The position numbers and the translations under genes were made by a program. A stretch of DNA of 64,000 nt from Camelus ferus (lineage: Eukaryota): NCBI RefSeq assembly GCF_009834535.1, contig NC_045696.1:3846001-3910000 (forward strand), given 5' to 3'. The notes beneath the pieces were generated by a model. That model worked only from the letters and a program-made list of their open reading frames with translations. It ran no database searches and was not told the origin of the DNA. Numbering within the stretch: the stretch's first letter is position 1; every line of letters begins with the position of its first letter. Of this stretch, positions 63,665 to 64,000 are shown one piece after another.

Positions 63665-64000
63665 TACCATGAGACAATAGAAAATACATGCTGGTCTCCA
63701 CCCCTACTTCCCGGCCCGGAGCTCCTGGAACCCTGGGAATTCCTAAGTGACAAGAGCACCAGGAGCATCGTTTGTCCCAGCGTCTGGTCCCTTCCTGACA
63801 CAGGACTCCTGAAACCCTTGTCACTCCCTGGGTGACAGGCGTGTCCTTTGTTCTAACGAGGTGACTGGGTGGCTCCTGGATGGGAGCTGGTCGCCACAAA
63901 GAACAAGCCGTGGTTAGAAGCTTAGAACTTGCAGTCCTGCCCCCCCGTTCTCGAGAGGGGACAAGGGCTGGAAAGGGAGTTAATGATTGGCCGCGCCTAC
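63665..64000 (+). mobile_element. MER21-like LTR (runs off window)
   Basis: GGATGGGAGCTGGTCGCCACAAAGAACAAGCCGTGGTTAGAAGCTTAGAACTT...GAGAGGGGACAAGGGCTGGA resembles MER21. Confidence 0.7.

Overview
This is mammalian genomic DNA, almost certainly camelid: three copies of the tRNA-derived Vic-1-type SINE are present. The species cannot be resolved from the sequence alone. The window holds ~49 kb of upstream sequence plus the 5' part of TMPRSS2 on the + strand: CpG-island promoter, non-coding exon 1 (donor at 48944) and exons 2-5. These exons encode MALNS, the proline/tyrosine-rich cytoplasmic tail, the transmembrane helix and the LDLRA domain. The SRCR and protease exons lie beyond the right edge. 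The rest is a patchwork of repeats: L1 fragments, a decayed ERVL pol, several ERV1-type solo LTRs with 4-bp TSDs (one MER41-like), MaLR LTRs, hAT/Tc2 DNA transposons and microsatellites. Almost all ORFs in the supplied track are spurious or repeat-derived. I find no new multi-gene system. The most interesting signals are regulatory and retrotranspositional: (1) an overlapping uORF across the TMPRSS2 start codon; (2) the apparent orthologue of the human androgen-responsive TMPRSS2 enhancer with a decayed ARE, and a PORE-like Oct palindrome nearby; (3) a MER41-like LTR with an N4-spaced STAT motif; (4) an orphan CpG island inside an LTR cluster; (5) a kB/AP-1/ARE(NRF2) cluster in intron 1; (6) an L1 3' transduction. 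Comparisons with human sequence and repeat family names are from recall and need confirming by alignment.
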